Of a stretch of DNA of 64,000 bases, positions 11,619 through 21,930 are shown in pieces. The notes under the pieces are model-generated. The model saw nothing but the letters and a program-made list of their open reading frames with translations, did not search any database and was not told where the DNA came from. The stretch spans positions 1 to 64,000 of the forward strand of contig CAWFKQ010000014.1 in assembly GCA_963816395.1 (NCBI GenBank). Direction: 5' to 3'. Positions within the stretch are counted from its first letter, which is position 1; every line of letters begins with the position of its first letter. The position numbers and the translations under genes are program-made. The DNA comes from an uncultured delta proteobacterium (GTDB lineage: Bacteria > Desulfobacterota > Desulfuromonadia > Desulfuromonadales > JACZKF01).

Positions 11619-12200
11619 ATGCCGACCAAGGGCGCAGCAACTCGCAGAAAGATCCTTCAGACCGCCCGGCAGCTTTTTAACGCCAGGGGATTCAAGGCGG
11701 TCTCGGTCAGTGAACTGGTCCATGCGGTCGGGATGCAGAAAGGGAGTATCTACTTCCATTTTTCCGATAAGGATGAGCTGACGCGGGCGGTCTTTGCCGC
11801 CGCGGCCGAGGATTTCACGGGTTTTCTGGACCAGGCCCTGGCGGGGGAGAATCCCGCTGCAGCCCTGCAGCATCTCTTTGCCTCCGTCATGGATTATCAC
11901 TTGGCGGCGGGGTTTGTCGGGGGCTGCCTGTTTGGCAACGCGGCCCTGGAAATGAGCGATTCCGACCCTGAATTTGCCCGCTTGGTCGAGTCCGTTTTCA
12001 ACGACTGGAAACGCAAACTAGCCGGTGTGGTGGCCCGCGCCCAGCAATTGGGTCAGCTCAGGAACGATCTTCCCTGTGATGGCCTGGCGACCCAGATCAT
12101 CGCCACCATCGAAGGGGGAATCATGATGGCCCGTCTCAAGAAGGAAGAGCTGCCCCTGCGGCAGAGCCTCTCCACCCTGGGCATCATGCTCGGCATGTAG
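11619..12200 (+). CDS. TetR/AcrR family regulator (NemR/YxaF-like)
   Basis: HTH motif KGSIYFHFSDKDEL; GCLFGNAALE; start MPTKG after a GGGGGA RBS. Confidence 0.92.
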   Translation: MPTKGAATRRKILQTARQLFNARGFKAVSVSELVHAVGMQKGSIYFHFSDKDELTRAVFAAAAEDFTGFLDQALAGENPAAALQHLFASVMDYHLAAGFVGGCLFGNAALEMSDSDPEFARLVESVFNDWKRKLAGVVARAQQLGQLRNDLPCDGLATQIIATIEGGIMMARLKKEELPLRQSLSTLGIMLGM

Positions 12201-12302
12201 CCCTTTTGATCCTTCAATTACAGCTATTTCAGCTTACGAACGAAGGCGACCCTATTCTATGGCGATCTTCGTCAAACTTTGGACCGAAACGAAAGGAACC
12301 TC

Positions 12303-13343
12303 ATGATCGATGAGCTTTGGCAAGAAGAAGAGACGGATGAACAGGAGAGTTCCGGGGGGGCAACGACCATTGAGGAGGAGGATCAGGAGGCGGGAAACGG
12401 ACCGGGTCCGGAGGATGACATTTCGTCCGAAGATGCGATCAAGATCTATTTGAAGGAGCTGAACAGGACGAAACTTTTATCCGCGGAACAGGAGCGGGAG
12501 CTGGCAATCAGGATCGAGGCGGGGGACCCGCAGGCCCGTGAGCGGATGATTGAAGGCAATCTGCGCCTGGTCGTCAGCATAGCCAAGCGCTACATGAACC
12601 GCGGCCTGCCTTTCCTGGACCTGATCGAGGAAGGGAACATGGGGCTGATCAGGGCGGTCGACAAGTTCGATGTGCACAAGGGCTTTCGCTTCTCGACCTA
12701 TGCCACCTGGTGGATTCGACAGGGAATCGAACGGGCGTTGATCAACCAGAGCAGGACCATTCGGATTCCCGTTCATGTTGCCGATGAAGTGAATAAAATG
12801 ACCAAGATCTCCCGCAAACTGCAGCAGGAAGATCAACGCGAACCGGATGCAGGCGAGATCGCCGAAGTGATGGGCGTCAAACCGGACTATATCAGTCAGC
12901 TCATGAACATGGTGAAGAAAACCTGGTCGATCGAACATCCGATGGGGGAAGACAGTGATTACACCCTCATCGACACCTTGGAAGATTCGACGACGATTGA
13001 TCCCCTGTCGCATGTGGAGGATCGCCAGAGCTTTGCCCTGGTTCGCGAATGGATGGAGAGCTTGAATGAAAATGAAAGGGAGATTCTTGCCCTGCGTTTC
13101 GGGTTGAACGACCGGTCTACCGAAACCCTCGATACCATCGGCAAGCGGTTCGGCGTCACGCGGGAGCGAATAAGGCAGATTGAGGCCAAGAGCCTGGAGA
13201 AGCTGAAGGACTTTCTGCGGGAGAATGACCCCGGGGGAGAAGAAAAGGAAATGGCCTTTTTAGCGTCTGAAAACTCCCCGCCACTGGAGAATGCCACCAG
13301 AGGTGCCTTCGATCTGGGGTATCAGAGTTTACTTTCCTTCTGA
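12303..13343 (+). CDS. Group 2 sigma-70 factor (RpoS-like)
   Basis: Regions 1.2 (DAIKIYLKE), 2 (NLRLVVSIAKRY, DLIEEGNMGL, FSTYATWWIRQ) and 4 (VTRERIRQIE); no region 1.1. Confidence 0.9.
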   Translation: MIDELWQEEETDEQESSGGATTIEEEDQEAGNGPGPEDDISSEDAIKIYLKELNRTKLLSAEQERELAIRIEAGDPQARERMIEGNLRLVVSIAKRYMNRGLPFLDLIEEGNMGLIRAVDKFDVHKGFRFSTYATWWIRQGIERALINQSRTIRIPVHVADEVNKMTKISRKLQQEDQREPDAGEIAEVMGVKPDYISQLMNMVKKTWSIEHPMGEDSDYTLIDTLEDSTTIDPLSHVEDRQSFALVREWMESLNENEREILALRFGLNDRSTETLDTIGKRFGVTRERIRQIEAKSLEKLKDFLRENDPGGEEKEMAFLASENSPPLENATRGAFDLGYQSLLSF

Positions 13344-13736
13344 ATTTTCCACCTGACCACCTTTAATGAGCCCGAGACAAAAACACCGCCGGCTCATAAC
13401 TGCTTTAAGACAGCCCTCGGGCAACGTTTTGGAACGCGTCTTTTGCGGTCTCCGAATCCGTCCACCCTTTTGATGCATCAGCAGAGGGAAAAGCTATTCT
13501 CCTGAAAAGTCCCGGTACCGAGACCGCGGAAAAAAACTGCGCTGGCACAGGTGCACAAAAACATGCCAGGTCAGTAACGTTCAGGGACCCGGCTTCTTGA
13601 AGAGGCTGGAGCAGGGCCTATACTGGGCACTGTATCTGCAAACTCGGCGTGGCCGGAAGCGCCGACCGGCGGCAACCGCAAAGGCGATATACAAGGTTTG
13701 CGGTTCTGAAAAATCGATCAGCGAAAAGGAAATAAC

Positions 13737-14462
13737 ATGACCTCAGAAAGTGAGAGAGCGGTATTTAAAGCCCTGGCCGGGGTTACCACGGCCACCCTGA
13801 CGACCATTCTTCTGAAGAAAGGTCTGCGCAACGTTTGGATTCGGGGGGCGTTCCCACTTGCCCCGGGGGCTCCGCGGGTCGTGGGGCGTGCTTTTACATT
13901 GCGCTTTGTTCCAGCCCGCGAGGATCTGGCCACGCCCGCTTCCTGGGCCTCGCCAAAGTCGAGCCGCGCCGCTATCGAGCAGATGCCGGAAGGCTGTATT
14001 GCATTGGTTGATGCCCTGGGGGTGAAGGACGCCGCTATCTGGGGCGACATCCTGTGCGCGCGCATGGCGAAGCGCGGGGTGGCTGCCTTGGTAACCGACG
14101 GCGTCGTGCGGGATCTGGCAGGTGTACTTTCCACTCGACTGCCGGTATGGGCCAGCGGAGCCGCCGCGCCGCCGTCTGTGGCCGGCCTGACCTTTGTCGA
14201 TTGGCAACAACCCGTTGGCTGTGGAGGGGTGGCGGTCTTCCCCGACGATGTCATCGTGGCTGACCAGGATGGCGCCGTGGTGATCCCGACCGCCATGGTC
14301 GATGAAATCGTCGACCTGGCCGTGGAACAGGAACGGTTCGAAAGCTGGATTATCGATGAGGTCAGAGCCGGCGGCGCTCTGCCCGGACTCTATCCGCCCG
14401 ATGAGGAGAACCGGGCTCGGTATGAAGCCACCAAAAAATCCGGAGGCCTCCAACACGAATGA
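13737..14462 (+). CDS. RraA-like / HMG aldolase family protein
   Basis: TATLTTILLKKGLRN, AFTLRFVPARED, GDIL, VTDGVVRD, VADQDGAVVIP. Confidence 0.88.
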   Translation: MTSESERAVFKALAGVTTATLTTILLKKGLRNVWIRGAFPLAPGAPRVVGRAFTLRFVPAREDLATPASWASPKSSRAAIEQMPEGCIALVDALGVKDAAIWGDILCARMAKRGVAALVTDGVVRDLAGVLSTRLPVWASGAAAPPSVAGLTFVDWQQPVGCGGVAVFPDDVIVADQDGAVVIPTAMVDEIVDLAVEQERFESWIIDEVRAGGALPGLYPPDEENRARYEATKKSGGLQHE

Positions 14463-14764
14463 GGCCATTTCACGCATTAAAGCAATGGATACCCCTGCAT
14501 CTGAGGTGGCCATAGGCGCGTGTTAAAAATAGCCACCAATAAAAATGGCCAATTCTGTTTCAAAGCCAGTGATTTATCAGACGGGATTTCCCCGAGACCG
14601 GTCGTAGCGGGCGTGTCCCCGTGCCGCCTGAAAATCGGTTTCTTATCAGATGACCGTGCACCCCGACTCCGCATCCTCCAAAGCATCAGAAGGACCTTGA
14701 GAACCCCCTGCTTTGTCAGCCCGCCCGAAAAGTGATTGCTTGTTAATTTCTGACGCCGCGCCGA

Positions 14765-16234
14765 TCAGCGTCTGCGTAAGCGGGCAAAGAGCGGCGGTGA
14801 ATCCCATGCCGGGTCGTTACCGCGAATAAACCGCTCGATGTCCGGCGTCTGTGGCCGGGCTCCACCTGCAAGATAGATCAGCAAAGCGATCGCGGTCCCC
14901 CCCAGCGCGAGACCAACGGCGACACAGAGAGCTACGCCGGTGCTCGCGACACCGGTTGCGAAGTGTGCGAAAATGGGAGCGATCATGAAGGCTGCCACCG
15001 CGCGCATAAGCTCTACGAGCGCGAAAACCCGCTGCAGCTTTGCCGAGGGCAGCGAGAGGCCGGCGCAGAAGAGTGCCGGAACGACCGTAGCCCCGAGCCC
15101 GATTCCCGTCACTCCCGAGCCGATCAGCGTGAGAGCCTCACCCGGTGGTAACTCGATTTGAAATATCACGATCCCGGCAGCCAGGCAGATCATGCCGACC
15201 AGCGGCATGATCTGCAACTCCCGCCGTCTGATGAACAGTCCCAGCAGAGCCGCGGCAAGGATCGCTCCGGCGATCTCCGGCAGGTAGAGCAGACCAAGCT
15301 GCACCGGGCTGTAGCGGTCGCCCTGCAGGCGGACGGTAAGATCTATGGCGGAGACGGAGGTCGCCGCAGCGAACAACGCGAGCACGATGCCCGCCACGGG
15401 GATCGTACTCCCGAACATCGGCCGGACGATAAGAAGCGGCCTTCGCGCCCGGTACTGGTAGACGACGAGCAGGACGATCACTGCGAGTCCACCGAGGAGC
15501 GGCCCGAGCGTCCGTGCTGCGAGGAACTTATGCGTCAATAACTCAGAGGCGCCGTAGAACGCCGCCACCGACCCGAGCGCAGCCAATCCGATAGCCCGGA
15601 GATCCCGCGGAGCGCTTCTGTCGGCAGGGGGCTGGTCCTCATAGGTCAGCAGTGCAAGCAGCAGTGCTACGGCCGAAATACCGGCGATGATCCAGAACAG
15701 CGGTCGCCAGCCGTGGGCACTCGCCTGCAGCCCGCCGATCAGGGGGCCGGCCGCGACAGCGCCGAAGATGCACATGCTCATGATTACTACCGTGGCGCGA
15801 AACTTTTCCGGGCCGAACCCGGTTGCCAGCGGCGGAACCGCGCCGATCAGCAGGAGGCTTGTACAGAGCCCCTGCAGCACATGGCCGGCGAAGAACATGG
15901 CGGCGTTCTGGGCGGCCGCCGAGAGGACAGAGCCCAACACGAGCAGAGCTGCGTAAATGACCATAACCCTTCGCTGCGGCAGGCGCAGAGCCAACTGCAC
16001 TGCCACCACCGTCCCGACAGCGTAGGCGGCGTTTCCCATGCCGGACGCAAGAGCCATTGTCTGCAGGCTCATGGAAAGTTGACGGGCGATGATGGGCCGA
16101 ATCGGGCCAATCGCCGCGGACAACGCAAGATACGGGATCAGCGCTGAGACAACCATCGCGGCGGCCGCAACGTAGCTGTCGGCCAGGGGGCCTCGCCGAT
16201 GTACCACCTTGGATAGATCGATTATCCGGCGCAT
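14765..16234 (-). CDS. MFS transporter (DHA2-like)
   Basis: 489 aa with about 14 hydrophobic segments; GPLIGG..GWRPLFWI motif. Confidence 0.85.
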   Translation of the reverse strand: MRRIIDLSKVVHRRGPLADSYVAAAAMVVSALIPYLALSAAIGPIRPIIARQLSMSLQTMALASGMGNAAYAVGTVVAVQLALRLPQRRVMVIYAALLVLGSVLSAAAQNAAMFFAGHVLQGLCTSLLLIGAVPPLATGFGPEKFRATVVIMSMCIFGAVAAGPLIGGLQASAHGWRPLFWIIAGISAVALLLALLTYEDQPPADRSAPRDLRAIGLAALGSVAAFYGASELLTHKFLAARTLGPLLGGLAVIVLLVVYQYRARRPLLIVRPMFGSTIPVAGIVLALFAAATSVSAIDLTVRLQGDRYSPVQLGLLYLPEIAGAILAAALLGLFIRRRELQIMPLVGMICLAAGIVIFQIELPPGEALTLIGSGVTGIGLGATVVPALFCAGLSLPSAKLQRVFALVELMRAVAAFMIAPIFAHFATGVASTGVALCVAVGLALGGTAIALLIYLAGGARPQTPDIERFIRGNDPAWDSPPLFARLRRR

Positions 16235-16472
16235 GGAACAAACTTAACGATGCAGAGCGTGCGCTGCAAGTCTTGCCTCCGCGGTGGCTTTAAATTTCCT
16301 AAGAAAGATGTTTTAGTTATCGAGGCGTTTCCAAGTCGCGGTACCACTTCTTCGAAGTGCGAAGCGGACCGATGCCGCCGAAACGGGGGGAATAACCCCT
16401 CCTGGAAATTCATAGAAAAGAAACAGAGCAAAATTATCTTAGCAGCATCGCGGCCAAGTTTTTCGCCCCCCT

Positions 16473-17039
16473 TTACCGCGCGCGCTGCGCATGAGCGGCG
16501 CGAACCACAATCGGCATCAGGAACATTATGGCTAAAATGATCAGCATGGTCGAGTTGGGGTCTTGAACATACGCGTTCAGGCGCAGGGTGGAGACAGCGA
16601 TCACGCCGAAATAGAGCATGTCCCCGGCAATGGCGATGGCCCAGCCGCCGACGAAGCCGTGCCCCGCGGCGCGGGCTGAGGCGCGGCCTGTCATCGGGTC
16701 AACGCCAAAGGCAATCATGACCAGAGCCAGCGGCCCGGCGCCGGTGCCGTTGAAGTGAGCGACGCTGCGCTCGGTGGCCATCTTGAATGCTGCACCGATG
16801 CGTGCGCCCAGGCGGCACTTGTTCCCCCAGAGACTCCCCAGGCGCAGAAGCGGTTCGAAAGCGAGGGCGAGGATCACGTCCGAAATGAGGTAGAGAACTG
16901 CCATCACTGGCCATGCCAGCCCCTGGCGTCTTGCAAGGAGCACCCCGGCCGGGATGCCGCCGCCGATCGGTATCACAAAGAGTTCGAGGACGGAGAAGCT
17001 GCTGGCGAGGGTGTGGGATAATGACGGAGAGAGGGACAT
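16473..17039 (-). CDS. Hypothetical membrane protein
   Basis: 188-aa hydrophobic ORF with IPIGGGIPAGVLLA and FGVDPMTGR. Confidence 0.65.
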   Translation of the reverse strand: MSLSPSLSHTLASSFSVLELFVIPIGGGIPAGVLLARRQGLAWPVMAVLYLISDVILALAFEPLLRLGSLWGNKCRLGARIGAAFKMATERSVAHFNGTGAGPLALVMIAFGVDPMTGRASARAAGHGFVGGWAIAIAGDMLYFGVIAVSTLRLNAYVQDPNSTMLIILAIMFLMPIVVRAAHAQRAR

Positions 17040-17333
17040 GGTTGTTATAGGCGAGTGTGGCTATCTGGTAACGGGCCGAGCGAGCACTGCCGGTTGACGC
17101 AGACTTAAGTCCAACGCCTCGATCCGAAAAAGTTCGCTCAAGCTACCACGCCCCAAGTAGTCTTCCTAGAAAAATGGAGGATGAAACTGGGCTGAGATGA
17201 TAGCCGATGAAGCCGTTGACGTCCAGGATCATTACCTTATTCTCTGCTCCAGGCTGCAGGAAATGTTCACCGAAAAGCGCGGCCGATCACCGTTGCCACC
17301 ACCAAGCTCTCTAGGTACATCTTTTATTCCTTT

Positions 17334-19157
17334 CTATTCCAGCCATTGAAGCGGATCTTCGCTCGGGCTCGGTACCAGCGAGGGGTCCTCGACAAACATC
17401 CGGTGCCAGATGGCGAAATGCATCAGCAGCCACAGCTTGCCCGTCCCCTGCCGCTGCCCCGCAATATGCTGCTGAATCATTTCACCAACCGCTGATGGAT
17501 GGAAAAACTCTCGGATAGCCCGATTCTGCGGCAGCACGGAGGCGAGATGGCGCAGCACTGCCGGAGAGAAGAATCCGGCGACCGGCACATGGAAGCCCGT
17601 CTTTTTGGGGGACAGGTGGTCCGACGGCAGATATTTCAGCGCCCACTGGCGCAGAAAAAATTTGCCGACCCGCCCCCGGACTTTCAGGGCGTCCGGCAAA
17701 GCCAGACCGAATTCGACGACGCGGTGATCGAGAAAGGGCACCCGGCCTTCCAGTCCGAAACTCATCAGGGCCCGGTCGACCTTGACCAGAAGGTCATCGG
17801 CCAACTCCGTCTGCAGATCGGTAAACTGGGCCCGCTGCAGGAGGCTCCAGTTCCTCGGGGCCTGCTGCCAACTGGCGATGAACGGCGCTCGCCGGGCGGC
17901 GGCGGCCGATAACAGCGCCGGCCTGAAGAGTTTTTTCTTCATGGCCGCTGGCCACCGGCTTTTGGTTCTGTAGCCACCCGAGCCGGGCGCGGTCAGATTG
18001 GCAAAGATCCTCTGCAGGCCCAGTCTGCGGTATCTGCCGTAGCCGGCAAAAACCTCATCGCCGCCCTCCCCGGTGAAGACCACTTTCAAATCTCTGCCGG
18101 CGCGTTCGGCCAGCAGGGAGGTGGGCAGGATGGCGTTATCCAGCATCAGTTCATCGGCGGCATGGATCGTGTGAGGGATGCGCCGGAAAAGGGTGTTGCG
18201 ATCGAGAAGCAGCTCCTGGTGCCGGGTGCCGAAGATCCCGGCGATACGGGTGGCCGTCTCCAGTTCGCCGCGCTTTGCGGCATCCGTATAGCCTACCGAA
18301 TAGGTCTGGATCGAGCCCGACTGATAACGATGGAGGAGGGCGCAGATCGTCGCCGAGTCGATGCCGCCCGACAGGAATAGCCCGAAGGGCACATCCGAAC
18401 GCATGTGCTCCTTCATGACCTGGGCCATCAGCGCATCGAACTTCTCTTCGGCCTCCTCCTGCCTGAGTTTCTGCGGCTCCACATCGGTGGCCCGCCAGTA
18501 GCGGTGCAGCCGGGTGGAAAGATCGGTGTTGATACGTAGGCAGGACCCCGGCGGCAGACGCCTGATCCCCTGGAATATGGTCTCTTCACCGCCGCTGAAC
18601 TTGTTTTCCAGGTATTGCACGAGCGCTGACGGGTTCAGCGGCGGGGATTGCGGGAGCAGGGCCAGCAGCCCCTTGATTTTGGAGGCAAAGGCGACGAAAG
18701 CTGGCTGGATCGTATAGAAAAGCGGCTTGATGCCGAGCCGATCGCGCCCCAGGACCAGGGAATCGGAGAAACGATCATGCAGGGCAAAGGCGAACATGCC
18801 GTTGAGGACCCGCAGGCCGTCCGGCCCCCCTTCGGCGAAGGCGTGCAGGATGGCCTCGCAGTCGGAACGGGTCCTGAGCTGGATGCCGCGGGATTCCCAG
18901 TCGGCAAACAGCTCCAGGTAGTTGTAGATTTCGCCGTTAGCGATCAGGGCGAGCCGGCCGTCGCCACTTTCGAGCGGCTGGTGCCCGCCGGCTAGATCAA
19001 TGATGGACAGCCGCGTATGGACAAGTCCTACCCGGCCGTGCACGACAATGCCGCAGTCATCGGGGCCGCGGTGGTGCAGGGCGCGTGCAGCGGCCTCAAG
19101 GCGTTCACGGCTGATGTCCTCCGGGCGACGATGGATGATGCCGGCGATTCCGCACAT
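17334..19157 (-). CDS. asnB: Asparagine synthase (glutamine-hydrolysing) family amidotransferase
   Basis: MCGIAG Ntn start at 19157; HRGPD, RLSIID, NGEIYN, LSGGIDS, GEGGDEVFAGY. Confidence 0.95.
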   Translation of the reverse strand: MCGIAGIIHRRPEDISRERLEAAARALHHRGPDDCGIVVHGRVGLVHTRLSIIDLAGGHQPLESGDGRLALIANGEIYNYLELFADWESRGIQLRTRSDCEAILHAFAEGGPDGLRVLNGMFAFALHDRFSDSLVLGRDRLGIKPLFYTIQPAFVAFASKIKGLLALLPQSPPLNPSALVQYLENKFSGGEETIFQGIRRLPPGSCLRINTDLSTRLHRYWRATDVEPQKLRQEEAEEKFDALMAQVMKEHMRSDVPFGLFLSGGIDSATICALLHRYQSGSIQTYSVGYTDAAKRGELETATRIAGIFGTRHQELLLDRNTLFRRIPHTIHAADELMLDNAILPTSLLAERAGRDLKVVFTGEGGDEVFAGYGRYRRLGLQRIFANLTAPGSGGYRTKSRWPAAMKKKLFRPALLSAAAARRAPFIASWQQAPRNWSLLQRAQFTDLQTELADDLLVKVDRALMSFGLEGRVPFLDHRVVEFGLALPDALKVRGRVGKFFLRQWALKYLPSDHLSPKKTGFHVPVAGFFSPAVLRHLASVLPQNRAIREFFHPSAVGEMIQQHIAGQRQGTGKLWLLMHFAIWHRMFVEDPSLVPSPSEDPLQWLE

Positions 19158-19214
19158 GGAGGTTTCCGATCTGTCGGGCAGGGGAGCTTCTGGCACACAC
19201 ACTAAACAGACAGA

Positions 19215-19231
19215 CTTAAGCCACGCTTAAG
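19215..19231 (-). promoter_or_regulatory. PmrA/QseB-type box upstream of asnB
   Basis: CTTAAG-CCACG-CTTAAG; -10-like TAGTGT just downstream on the minus strand. Confidence 0.75.
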
Positions 19232-19475
19232 GTTAAAGGGAAAAGCTGGTCAGGCAAGGGGACTTTGCGTTTCAAAGATGGGGTGGCACTGAAAAGAAAG
19301 ATTGTCCGCTCAGGCGAACGGAACGACCATGGGGAAAAGACCTGTTTGGCATTGACAACCCGGCAGGCATCTCCGAAGGAGCCGCCGCAAACGAGAAAAG
19401 GGCCATTCAATCCAAGGACTGAAATGACCCTTTTCTCTCATCAAATTTGGCCGGTTGTTCTATTCCGGCTCAGGC

Positions 19476-19796
19476 TCAGTCCGCATTGGGACCTTCCGTA
19501 CTGTTCTCCACGACCTTTCCCGTTGCGGCGTCCACGCCGACCTCATGGGTAGTCCTGCCCTTTTTGATGTCGAAAGAATAACGCAGACCGCTGCCGCCTT
19601 CTTCCTTCTCCAGCTCTTCCTTGACGATTTTGCCGTGATAGGCCTTCTGGGCGATCTGCCGCGCCTGCTGCAGGGTCACTTTGGCTTCCTTGCTGTACTG
19701 GCCGCCGGTCAGGGCAAAGGCCTGGGAGGAGACCAGTAGAAATGCGGCTGCCGCAAAGGCCGGAAAGGCCGAACCAAGTTTCTTGATCGCGTTCAA
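19476..19796 (-). CDS. PepSY domain exported protein
   Basis: TTG start at 19796 after an AGGAG RBS; signal peptide; ELEKEEGGSGLRYSFDI..EVGVDAATGKV. Confidence 0.88.
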   Translation of the reverse strand: MNAIKKLGSAFPAFAAAAFLLVSSQAFALTGGQYSKEAKVTLQQARQIAQKAYHGKIVKEELEKEEGGSGLRYSFDIKKGRTTHEVGVDAATGKVVENSTEGPNAD

Positions 19797-19876
19797 ATTT
19801 CGCTCCTGCAAAGGGGTTGTGTTCTGGCGAGGCCGGAACGGCCTGCCTTCCATGATGTACAGGATACCCCGAAAGG

Positions 19877-19893
19877 CTTACGGCAGCCTTAAG
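19877..19893 (-). promoter_or_regulatory. PmrA/QseB-type box upstream of PepSY, overlapping the HK stop codon
   Basis: CTTACG-GCAGC-CTTAAG; TATCCT -10 at 19866-19861. Confidence 0.65.
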
Positions 19894-21223
19894 CGCCCTT
19901 GACGGCTCGCTTTTCCTCCTCCACTCCCTTGAACCGGACGGTCACTTTCAGGCCGCTGCCGGCATCCCCTTCCCCCACGATGATCCGGGCCTGATGGCGC
20001 TCGGCGATTCTCTTGACGATGGCCAGGCCCAGACCGCTGCCGGAGACTTTCGTCCCCAGCCGCCGGTAGAACCGATCGAATACCCGATTTCGCGCCTCCG
20101 GGGGGATTCCGCACCCGGTATCCTGGACTTCCAGCAGGGCGTCCTCTCCCTCCCGGCGCACTCGGACATCCACCCGGCCCGTGGCCGGGGTATAGCGAAT
20201 TGCATTGTCGATCAGATTCTCCAGCAGGATTCTCAGGCTGTCCGGATCGCCCAGAACACCGGCCGGCTCTTCCTGCGCCAGGCCGAGATCGATCCCGCTC
20301 ACCTGCGCCTGTTGGGCGAACTCCCCCACTACCTTTCGGGCCAATTCACTCAGCAGCACTTTTTGCAGCGGCCTCTGCCGGGCTTCGGGCTCCAGGCGGG
20401 CCATGGTCAGGAGCTGCTGGACCAGGTGGGTAGCTCGGGCCAGGCCCTCCCGGACCCGGCGATAGGCCTCGGCGCGCTCCTCTGGAATGGCGGCGCGGGC
20501 CAGCAGTTGCGCCTGGAGGGTCACCGCCGTCAGAGGGGTGCGCAGCTCATGGGCGGCATCGGCGATGAACTGCCGCTGGCTCTTGAGGGCTTCGTCCAGC
20601 CGAAGCAGCAGATCGTTCAGGGCCGCCACCAGGGGGCGGATCTCCTCCGGCAGGTTGTCCGCGGGCAGCGGCTCCAGGTCGCCGGAATGACGTCGACCGA
20701 GGCTGGCGGCGATCCGGTTCAAGGGTCTAAGGCCGCGGCCGACGGCCAGCCAGATCAGCAAGACAAGAACCGGCAACAGCAGAAGCATCGGTCCCAGGGT
20801 GCTCAGGGTGATGCCGGTGCTCAGCTCCCGGCGCTCATCCAGGGACTGGGAGACCTGGATGAGCCCCTCCGGCTGCGGCAGACTGAAGACCCGCCACCGA
20901 GCCTCTTTCCAAGTCGCAAAACCGTATCCGGCTTTGGCCAGGGGGGGCAGTTTTATATCGGGCCGGGAGGAATAGAGCAATCGGCCCTCGGCATTCCAGA
21001 CCTGAACCAGGTAATCCGTCTCCCCCTCTGCGACATTCTGCGCACGCTCACTCGGCGGGAATTGCCCGTGGCGCTGCAGGGTGAGCGCCAGTTGCTGCAA
21101 CTGGTAATCGAACAGGTCGTTGACTTCCCCCCGGGCCAGGAAATAGGTGGTAACCCCGGAGAGTGAGACCGCCGCGATCATGCCGGAGAGGAGCCAGAGC
21201 AGAAGCCGCTTGCGAATGGACAT
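19889..21223 (-). CDS. QseC/PmrB-like sensor histidine kinase
   Basis: Two TM helices, HAMP, FIADAAHELRTPL, NLIDNAIRY, GSGLGLAIV. Confidence 0.95.
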   Translation of the reverse strand: MSIRKRLLLWLLSGMIAAVSLSGVTTYFLARGEVNDLFDYQLQQLALTLQRHGQFPPSERAQNVAEGETDYLVQVWNAEGRLLYSSRPDIKLPPLAKAGYGFATWKEARWRVFSLPQPEGLIQVSQSLDERRELSTGITLSTLGPMLLLLPVLVLLIWLAVGRGLRPLNRIAASLGRRHSGDLEPLPADNLPEEIRPLVAALNDLLLRLDEALKSQRQFIADAAHELRTPLTAVTLQAQLLARAAIPEERAEAYRRVREGLARATHLVQQLLTMARLEPEARQRPLQKVLLSELARKVVGEFAQQAQVSGIDLGLAQEEPAGVLGDPDSLRILLENLIDNAIRYTPATGRVDVRVRREGEDALLEVQDTGCGIPPEARNRVFDRFYRRLGTKVSGSGLGLAIVKRIAERHQARIIVGEGDAGSGLKVTVRFKGVEEEKRAVKGA

Positions 21224-21885
21224 CAGGACTCCTTGGCCACCATATAGCCGACGCCGCGGACGTTGAGGATCACCCCCGCACCCAGTTTTTTCCGCAGATG
21301 GTGGACATGGACCTCGACGGCATTGCTGTCCACCTCCTGCTGCCAGCCGTACAGGCGCTCCTCCAGTTGCCCGCGCGACAGCACCGCTCCCGGCCGCTCC
21401 AGCAGCGCCTGCAGCAGGTTGAACTCCCGGGAGGAAAGTCGAATGGGAGCCCCTGCCTTGAAAACTTCGTGGGTGGCGGGGTTCAGGCTCAGATCGCCAT
21501 GCACCAGCAGCGGCTGCGCCCGGCCGGCCTGCCGGCGCAGGACCGCCCGGATTCTGGCCTCCAGCTCTTCGAGGTCGAAGGGCTTGACCAGGTAGTCGTC
21601 GGCACCCGTATCGAGGCCGGCGATGCGTTCGGCCACGGCGTCGCGGGCGGTAATGATCAGCACCGGCAGATCGCTTCCCCGCTGCCGCAGGGTGCTCAGC
21701 AGCTCCAGGCCCGAGGCGCCCGGCAGTCCGAGGTCCAGCAGCAGCAGGGAGTAGGACTCGCCGGCCAAGGCGACTTCGGCGTCCTCCCCGTCCTGCACCC
21801 AGTCGACGGCGAAACCGTCCTGACGCAGTCCCTGGCGGAGGCTCTCGCCGACCATCGGGTCATCTTCAACCAGCAGGATACGCAT
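21223..21885 (-). CDS. QseB/PmrA-like OmpR-family response regulator
   Basis: MRILLVEDD, LLDLGLP, GADDYLVKPF, SNAVEVHVHHLRKKL. Confidence 0.96.
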   Translation of the reverse strand: MRILLVEDDPMVGESLRQGLRQDGFAVDWVQDGEDAEVALAGESYSLLLLDLGLPGASGLELLSTLRQRGSDLPVLIITARDAVAERIAGLDTGADDYLVKPFDLEELEARIRAVLRRQAGRAQPLLVHGDLSLNPATHEVFKAGAPIRLSSREFNLLQALLERPGAVLSRGQLEERLYGWQQEVDSNAVEVHVHHLRKKLGAGVILNVRGVGYMVAKES

Positions 21886-21930
21886 GGATTTCCCTCGGTC
21901 CCGATCGTTTTCGAGTGAGCGATATTTCCA

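Noticed and set aside
11619..12200. This TetR as the regulator of the shared mftA/aor motif
   Set aside because: Its own candidate operator has a 4-bp spacer versus 3 bp and the gene is over 35 kb away; unsupported, though not excluded
17104..17109. CTTAAG as an additional regulon box (also 27858-27863)
   Set aside because: Half-sites only, with no partner at 11-bp spacing
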